Position numbers and translations under genes: made by a program. This document shows positions 57,735 through 64,000 of a stretch of 64,000 bases of DNA, piece after piece (position 1 is the stretch's first letter; the number at the start of each line of letters is the position of its first letter). The DNA lies in contig CACCLG010000002.1 in the NCBI GenBank assembly GCA_902546765.1, forward strand, positions 18,839 through 82,838, in the 5' to 3' direction. The notes beneath the pieces were generated by a model. The model was given only the letters and a program-made list of their open reading frames with translations, was not told where the DNA came from and did not search any database. The DNA is from an uncultured Pelagibacteraceae bacterium (lineage in GTDB: Bacteria; Pseudomonadota; Alphaproteobacteria; Pelagibacterales; Pelagibacteraceae).

Positions 57735-58763
57735 ATGAAAATTTTGTTTGTAGGAGTTAATAAAGGAAACTCTAAAAATACTTATACTTCACTAAAGAAA
57801 GTTTACCCAAAAACAGAGCTTTTAGATACAAGTAGGGTTTTAAATAAACTCAAGCATAAAATTTTCTACCATGCATCACCAGATTTTTTTAATAAATCAA
57901 TAAATAACTTTTATAAAAAGAATGTTAATAAATTTTATGATTTAGCTTTTTTTATGAATGTAGAGTATATAAATGATCGATCACTTGAAACTATAAAAAA
58001 ATATTGTAATAGAACCATATTTTATTGTGCTGATAATCCTTTTGTTACCAGAGATAAATATAGATGGACCTTGGTAAAAAGAATAATATCTAAATTCGAT
58101 TTAGTATTATTTCACCAAAAAAGCAGGGAAAAATACGTTAAGAAACATAAAGTTAATAATTATTTAACTATATTACCTCCTTATTATAAAAAAATTCAAT
58201 GTATATATAAAAAAAATAATAAAAAAAAAAATATAGTATTTGTTGGCACATGGTTTCCTGAAAGAGGTAAGTTTTTTTATGAGCTAAAAAGGAAAGGTTT
58301 AGAAGTTGATATATATGGATTGGGCTGGAATAAAGATAGAAAATATTACAAATATTTAAGTAAAAATATTTTCATAAAATTTTGGTCTCAAAAACAAGTA
58401 GCTAAAACTATAAGTAAATACAAAATAGCTATAGGTCTTTTGTCGAAAGGAAATGATGATGATATAACTAGACGAACTATCGAAATACCTGCTAGTGGAA
58501 CATTATTATGTTCTGAAAGAACATCTACTATTAAAAAAATTTTAAAAGAAAATAAGGAAGCTATTTATTTCAATGATGCCAATGAATGCGCACAAAATTG
58601 TAGATATTTATTAAACAATTTAAATATGCTGAATAATATAACCAATAATGGTAAAAAAAAAATAACTAAAATTTTGAGACCTGAAGCTGAAAGGATTTTT
58701 AAAAAAGTCTTAAATCAATCATTTTTAAAGAAAAATAAGAATAAATTTATATATAAATTCTAA
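57735..58763 (+). CDS. Glycosyltransferase (CgeB/YkvP-like GT-B)
   Basis: DNPF, FVGTWFPERG, YGLGW, SKGNDD..T.R..EIP. Confidence 0.82.
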   Translation: MKILFVGVNKGNSKNTYTSLKKVYPKTELLDTSRVLNKLKHKIFYHASPDFFNKSINNFYKKNVNKFYDLAFFMNVEYINDRSLETIKKYCNRTIFYCADNPFVTRDKYRWTLVKRIISKFDLVLFHQKSREKYVKKHKVNNYLTILPPYYKKIQCIYKKNNKKKNIVFVGTWFPERGKFFYELKRKGLEVDIYGLGWNKDRKYYKYLSKNIFIKFWSQKQVAKTISKYKIAIGLLSKGNDDDITRRTIEIPASGTLLCSERTSTIKKILKENKEAIYFNDANECAQNCRYLLNNLNMLNNITNNGKKKITKILRPEAERIFKKVLNQSFLKKNKNKFIYKF

Positions 58764-58782
58764 TATAAAATATTAAACAAGG

Positions 58783-60336
58783 ATGAATATTGAAATAAAT
58801 AAATTTCTACCTGAAATTTTTTTCTTCAAATTGAGAAAATTAATTTACTTTTTAACAGTTTTTTTCTCCATTATTCAATTATTTATAAGCTCATTTGATT
58901 TAAATGTTTTTTTAATTCTAATTTTTATTAATCTTGTCTCAATTTTGAATTTAGAAATTGCTTTAAATAGAGAAAAATTATTATTTTATATTATTCCTGC
59001 ATCAATAGTAATATGTACAAATTTTTTTTACCTATTGTTCCCTTTAATTATTAAAACAGTTTTGGGACAAAATATTCTCAATAACCTTGATATAGGATTT
59101 GAGAGTTTCAAAATATCAACAATTTTAGTGATTATTATAAGCTTAAGCTTTTCATTATTTGTAAAAATTACAAATTATTCAAATATAATTACTTTAAAAA
59201 GAGAACTTTTTACTAATCTGAATGTATTTAGATATTTTAATTTAAAAAGTGTAATTGTTATTTTTTTTATAACAATTTCTATTAAATCGTACTTGGTAAT
59301 TTACCAAAATAGCTTTGTTATATCTGAAGACTTTGGAAATATTTTTGTAAAGTTTTTGTTTGGTTTTGATAAATTTTTTTATTTACCATTAATACTAATT
59401 TTTAATTTATACTACACCAATAAAATAACAAAAAGTTTTTTTATAATTTTCTTATCAATTAATTTTTTACTATCTATATTTTTTGGTATATCGACAAATA
59501 GTAGGACTGAAATTTTTGAAATGTTAACAATAATTTTTTTTTGTTATTTAATTTATTTTGTTCAAGGAAAAATCAAAATTAACAGGGGAAAATTTATTTT
59601 TATAATTTTTTTATTAATTGCTTTTTCATTTGCATTAGATGCTATTAGTAAAAGAATTTTAGAATTCAGATCGTTAATGACCGAAACTACACCAATTGAA
59701 CTTTTTAAAATAACTGCAGGTTTGAGTGACGTTGATTATAAAATTGTTGATGTTAACACAGATCAAAATCAAGAATATATTTATACTGGAAATAATATTT
59801 TGGATAGATTTACGCCAATTAAACATTTGGATAAAAGTTTATACGATTCTAGTTTTTTTGGATTTTCAGATTATTTGGAATTTAGTAAATTTACGAAGAT
59901 TAAAATGCTGTCATTTTTTCCACAAAATATAACACAAATATTTATTAGAAATTACAATAAAATCGATTACCAAATCGCAACAGGATCAAAAATTGAAAGA
60001 CTCGCATACAATAGATTTGGCGGAAAAAGTAATAAAGGATCTTATATTACTGAATTACTATTATTAACAGATTCTTATTTTTTTACTTTTTTGTTAACAG
60101 CTTTAATTAATCTACTTTTTTTTTCTATTGTTTCTTTATTTCAGAAAATTGAACAAGGAAAAATAATATTATCTCCTATCATAATATTGCTTATATTTAA
60201 TATATTATACGCATCACAGTCAGACAGTATGACATCTTTCATAACTTTTTTTATAAGACAACCAATAGAAATAATATTGTTAACGAACATTTTATTAATA
60301 TTTACTTTTAAAGATTCAAAAATTTTACGGAGTTGA
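58783..60336 (+). CDS. Polytopic membrane protein, possible Wzy polymerase
   Basis: About 11-12 TM segments, an 'SR' motif, a large loop after the mid-protein helices, and glycan cluster context. Confidence 0.5.
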   Translation: MNIEINKFLPEIFFFKLRKLIYFLTVFFSIIQLFISSFDLNVFLILIFINLVSILNLEIALNREKLLFYIIPASIVICTNFFYLLFPLIIKTVLGQNILNNLDIGFESFKISTILVIIISLSFSLFVKITNYSNIITLKRELFTNLNVFRYFNLKSVIVIFFITISIKSYLVIYQNSFVISEDFGNIFVKFLFGFDKFFYLPLILIFNLYYTNKITKSFFIIFLSINFLLSIFFGISTNSRTEIFEMLTIIFFCYLIYFVQGKIKINRGKFIFIIFLLIAFSFALDAISKRILEFRSLMTETTPIELFKITAGLSDVDYKIVDVNTDQNQEYIYTGNNILDRFTPIKHLDKSLYDSSFFGFSDYLEFSKFTKIKMLSFFPQNITQIFIRNYNKIDYQIATGSKIERLAYNRFGGKSNKGSYITELLLLTDSYFFTFLLTALINLLFFSIVSLFQKIEQGKIILSPIIILLIFNILYASQSDSMTSFITFFIRQPIEIILLTNILLIFTFKDSKILRS

Positions 60337-60350
60337 TTTTGCTTTTATTT

Positions 60351-61064
60351 TTATAATTTAAAACCAATTTTTTTGTTATGAAACAAACAATCGGTCTGAT
60401 AAATATTTTTGGTTATTGATCCTTTATTTAACTCTTTTAATAAAAAAAAATTATTATTTTTCAAAAATTTAACAATATTTCTTTTTGTAGATTGTTTTTT
60501 GTATACACTAGAGGAAGAAAGTTCAACAAGAATATAATCGATTTTTTTTAGATTTTTAATAGCACCCATTAAAACTTCTTTTTCATAACCTTGAACATCT
60601 AATTTCATAATAATTTTTTGTTTTGATGGTAGTGATAATAAATCATCTAATTTTTTTACCTTCACCTCTATTTTTTGGATAACTTCATATATTGATTTTT
60701 TTAAATGTTTTGGACTTAAAAGTGATGAGCTATCTTTTTTTTTTGTAACGTTCAAATTCATTACTGAATTTTTATTTCCTAAGCATAGATTATAAAATGT
60801 AGTATTTTTTGGTAGAATCTTTCTTTGAATATACATGGCACTTCTTTGAGGTTCAAATGAGTGAATTTTTGCTCTAGGAAAGTAATTAAGTAACAATACT
60901 GAAAATTGTCCTTTATTTGAACCAACATCCAGTAAAATATCAATTTTTTTTATTGTATCAAATATTTCTTTTACCTCAAATAATGGACAAACTAAATTTA
61001 AATATGATTTATAATATTGTAAATTAATAATTGCTAAAATTATTTTTTTAAATCTTAAAAACAT
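60351..61064 (-). CDS. FkbM family methyltransferase
   Basis: DVGSNKGQF, SFEP, SSSLL, KLDVQGYE. Confidence 0.92.
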   Translation of the reverse strand: MFLRFKKIILAIINLQYYKSYLNLVCPLFEVKEIFDTIKKIDILLDVGSNKGQFSVLLLNYFPRAKIHSFEPQRSAMYIQRKILPKNTTFYNLCLGNKNSVMNLNVTKKKDSSSLLSPKHLKKSIYEVIQKIEVKVKKLDDLLSLPSKQKIIMKLDVQGYEKEVLMGAIKNLKKIDYILVELSSSSVYKKQSTKRNIVKFLKNNNFFLLKELNKGSITKNIYQTDCLFHNKKIGFKL

Positions 61065-61154
61065 TAGGATATTTAAATACTAATTGAATTTAATAGATAA
61101 AACATTTTTAAAATAACTTCAAATAATATAATAAATTTTAGAATTTAATAAAAT

Positions 61155-62072
61155 ATGATTAATAAAAAATTTAATTTTTTTAAAAACCCTAACTTTAGGA
61201 TTGTTTATATATTTGCTAGATTTAAGATCTTAAGAACACTTAATAAATACTCTAGAATTCTCCTAGAAAAATTTTCTAAAAAAGACCTTGTAATGGGCCA
61301 AATTAGAAAAAAAAATCTTATTCTAATGAGGAATAAACCAGTTGCGTCGGAAGAAAATTATGTTGAGATACAAACCGATTATTCAAAAGAAGATATCCTA
61401 AAAAAACTTAAAAAAGATGGTCTATATGAAGGTTTAAATTTAACCAAAAAAACTTGTATTAGTCTCAAAAAATTATCGGATAATTGTAAACTTATTCATA
61501 AAAGAAATAATAAAGTATTTAAAAGTTTAGATGAAGTAAATCTATTTAATAATAACAATTCAAAACCTTGTACAATTGTTGATTTAATAGACGATAGTAA
61601 AGAATCAATTTCAGATCTTGAAAAATTATTAGATCAAATTTCTAGGGATGAAGTACTTCTTTCTATCGCCAATAATTATTTAGGTTTTGTAAAGAATATT
61701 AATACAAGATTTGCATGGTCAACAGTTTGTAATTCAGACATTAAATGGAGAGCAGAAGAACAAACGATTGATTTTCATTATGATATTCATGACTTTGGTT
61801 TTGTTTATGTTTTCTTTTATCTAACCGATTGCGATGAATTATCAGGAGCTCATGAAGTTATTATTGGATCTCATAAAAAGAAAAAATTAAAACATTTAAT
61901 TAATTCAGCTAAATCTAATGAAAGTGAATTAAAAAAATATTATGATAAAGAAAACTTTAAAATTGTTAAAGGTAATTCAGGATATGGATTTATTGAGGAT
62001 ACTTCTGCATTTCATAAGGCACATGCACCAATAAAAAAACCAAGATTAGCATTACAAATTCGTTACTATTAG
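61155..62072 (+). CDS. PhyH-like Fe(II)/2-oxoglutarate dioxygenase fold protein
   Basis: FHYD (HxD), FFYLTD, GSH, DT..FHK (distal His), and a terminal R. Confidence 0.75.
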   Translation: MINKKFNFFKNPNFRIVYIFARFKILRTLNKYSRILLEKFSKKDLVMGQIRKKNLILMRNKPVASEENYVEIQTDYSKEDILKKLKKDGLYEGLNLTKKTCISLKKLSDNCKLIHKRNNKVFKSLDEVNLFNNNNSKPCTIVDLIDDSKESISDLEKLLDQISRDEVLLSIANNYLGFVKNINTRFAWSTVCNSDIKWRAEEQTIDFHYDIHDFGFVYVFFYLTDCDELSGAHEVIIGSHKKKKLKHLINSAKSNESELKKYYDKENFKIVKGNSGYGFIEDTSAFHKAHAPIKKPRLALQIRYY

Positions 62073-62077
62073 AACAA

Positions 62078-62890
62078 ATGAATGAAGCACAAATTAAAAT
62101 TGGCACTAGTTCATGGGGTTCTAAAATTGGTATAAAAGATGCGATTAATTTGGGTGAGAAAATTATTGATCTTGGATTAAACTCATTTGACACAGCACCA
62201 AATTATGGTTCTGGTTATTCACATTACATCCTGAATCAGATTGGTGAAAAGAAAGAAATATTTATAGATACTAAATATGGACAAAATATTGAACTTACTT
62301 TTAAAGAATTTTTAAAAAGACTATATCGTTTTAAAAATTTAAAATCATTTAAACGATCATTTAAAAATATAAAGATAAATAATAAAGAGAGAAATGATGA
62401 AAGTTTTTGGGATCTTAATAAAATAGAACAGGCTTTATATACATCGATTGAAGATTTGTATAATTGTAATATTCAATCATTTTATCTTCATTCACCACCT
62501 CATGGTGTATTAAATACTGATTATCTAAATGAATTTTTACGACTATTTGAACAAAAAAAAATTCTATTAGGAATATCAGAACCTGATGTAAGAGATTTAA
62601 TGTTAATAGTAAAAAATTTCCCTTCCATCAATTTACAAATCTCTTTAGATACTTTTTGGAAAAATAAAAATGATTTAATTAGTTACCCTAATAATATTAT
62701 TATTAACGGTATCTTTAGAAAATTGAAAAATGAAGATTTACAAAATAATAAAACAAAAAATATTTTTTTTGCTGATTTTTTAGATATTTTAGAAAAAAAA
62801 AAGAATTATAAAATTATTCTTGGCATAAATTCTTATTACTCGTTTGAAAAATTAAAAAAAATAATAAAAGATTTTTCGAATATTAATTAA
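62078..62890 (+). CDS. Aldo/keto reductase family protein
   Basis: IGT, FDTAPNYG (Asp, Tyr), TKYG (Lys), YLHSP (His). The C-terminal half is divergent. Confidence 0.75.
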   Translation: MNEAQIKIGTSSWGSKIGIKDAINLGEKIIDLGLNSFDTAPNYGSGYSHYILNQIGEKKEIFIDTKYGQNIELTFKEFLKRLYRFKNLKSFKRSFKNIKINNKERNDESFWDLNKIEQALYTSIEDLYNCNIQSFYLHSPPHGVLNTDYLNEFLRLFEQKKILLGISEPDVRDLMLIVKNFPSINLQISLDTFWKNKNDLISYPNNIIINGIFRKLKNEDLQNNKTKNIFFADFLDILEKKKNYKIILGINSYYSFEKLKKIIKDFSNIN

Positions 62891-64000
62891 TGAAAATGAA
62901 GAAAAGCATCAAAATATTAAGAATAATTCCAACGTTAGATCCTATGTATGGAGGTCCAAGTAAAACAATCATTGATACTTCTTTAATGATGGCAAATAAA
63001 GGTTTTGAGATTGATATTTTAACTGGATTACAAAAAAAAGGCTCTAAAGTATATAAAGCTAAAAAAAATACTTCACTTAATTCAAAAAAAATTAGAATTA
63101 TTAATATGGGCAAACACTTTTTTGGAGATTATTGTTTTAATTTAAGACAATTTACATGGCTTTACAATAATAGAGATAAATATAATTTTGTAATTGTTCA
63201 TGGATTATGGCAGTTCAGTACACTTATGGCCAGAATTCTACTCAAAAAAAATTATTTTATTTTTATTCATGGACAACTTGATCCATGGTTTAGCGAGAAT
63301 TTTCTTAAAAAGATAAAAAAACAAATTTACTGGTTTTTTTTTGAAAAACGTAATTTATTGAATTCATCCTCAATCTTAATAACATCTCAAGGAGAGAAAA
63401 AAACTTTAAAAAATACTTATGTAAACACTAGTAATATAAACAAGAAAGTTGTTCGATACGGAATTTTAAAACCAAAAATTAATAGAAAAAAGGTACTAAA
63501 TAGTTTCTATAAAAGTTTTCCCAAACTTAAAAAACATAAATTTTATTTATTTTTAGGTAGATTTCATGAAAAGAAAGGTTGTGATGTACTTATTAAATCG
63601 ATTAAGGAAGTTGAAAAAAAAGTTGACGATATATTTTTACTAGCTGGTCCGAAAACTAATAGTAATTACGAAAAAAAAATTCAAATATTAATTGATAAAT
63701 ACAAATTAAAAGAAAAAATAATATTTTCAGATATGCTTCTGGATGATGTTAAATGGGGTGCAATTCTTGCATCAAAAGCGATGGTATTATCTTCTCATGG
63801 TGAAAATTTTGGAGTTTCATTAGTCGAGTCTATGTGTTTTGGAAAACCTGTTTTGACTACAAATAAAGTGAATATTTCAAACGAGATTTTAAAACATAAA
63901 GCAGGTTTAATTTCAAATGATAGTGTTGATGATTTTTCAAAGATCATTTTAAAGTTTAATAAATATAAAAAAAAAGAATTAAATATTTTCTCTAAAAATG
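62890..64000 (+). CDS. Glycosyltransferase family 4, truncated by the window edge (not in the ORF track)
   Basis: Hand translation MKMKKSIKILRIIPTLDPMYGGP...FLGRFHEKKG...HGENFGVSLVES; the start and the ENFG motif are in the same frame. Confidence 0.88.
   Translation, partial: MKMKKSIKILRIIPTLDPMYGGPSKTIIDTSLMMANKGFEIDILTGLQKKGSKVYKAKKNTSLNSKKIRIINMGKHFFGDYCFNLRQFTWLYNNRDKYNFVIVHGLWQFSTLMARILLKKNYFIFIHGQLDPWFSENFLKKIKKQIYWFFFEKRNLLNSSSILITSQGEKKTLKNTYVNTSNINKKVVRYGILKPKINRKKVLNSFYKSFPKLKKHKFYLFLGRFHEKKGCDVLIKSIKEVEKKVDDIFLLAGPKTNSNYEKKIQILIDKYKLKEKIIFSDMLLDDVKWGAILASKAMVLSSHGENFGVSLVESMCFGKPVLTTNKVNISNEILKHKAGLISNDSVDDFSKIILKFNKYKKKELNIFSKN

Larger units (their letters stand above)
41444..64000. 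other. Surface-glycan biosynthesis variable island (continues past the window edge)
   Basis: Visibly more AT-rich than the preceding DNA. Genes are almost all nucleotide-sugar, GT or tailoring enzymes, and it contains pseudogenes. Confidence 0.85.

Noticed and set aside
5968-63113. Numerous short ORF-track entries overlapping long genes (e.g. 5968-6273, 10979-11332, 14181-14405, 30225-30524, 44998-45396, 62883-63113)
   Set aside because: They are antisense or off-frame shadows of well-supported genes and show no recognisable motifs.
1-64000. CRISPR array, prophage, IS element or defence system
   Set aside because: No repeat-spacer periodicity and no recognisable cas, phage, transposase, nuclease or DNA methylase ORFs.

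Overview
This is AT-rich, gene-dense DNA with very short intergenic spacers. Gene content and style suggest a streamlined marine alphaproteobacterium, most likely Pelagibacterales/SAR11 (inference from content, no database search). Three zones are visible. (1) 1-18.4 kb is a catabolic cluster for methylated N/S compounds: a CoA-transferase III tail, ALDH, two homocysteine S-methyltransferases with His in place of one Zn-ligand Cys, hydrolases and an Fe-ADH. It also holds a ProU-type ABC importer interleaved with a cytoplasmic BisC/DMSO-reductase-family Mo enzyme and a DmdA-like demethylase. This import-reduce-demethylate module is the best candidate for an undescribed system. (2) 18.5-41.4 kb is mostly core genes: rpoZ, a polar amino-acid ABC set, a SpeD-SpeE fusion, mtnP-mtnA-apt with an aldolase-SDR fusion, tRNA-Met, a Cys-rich secreted protein, a CRTAC1-like protein, guaC, an OafA-like acyltransferase and a sarcosine/dimethylglycine dehydrogenase-like gene. 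(3) 41.4-64 kb is a very AT-rich, strand-switching surface-glycan island with both GDP- and ADP-heptose enzymes and many tailoring enzymes. It contains an sxtJ/carbamoyltransferase deletion scar and a three-lesion SGNH pseudogene. No CRISPR array, rRNA, integrase or transposase was seen. All family calls rest on motifs recognised by eye.
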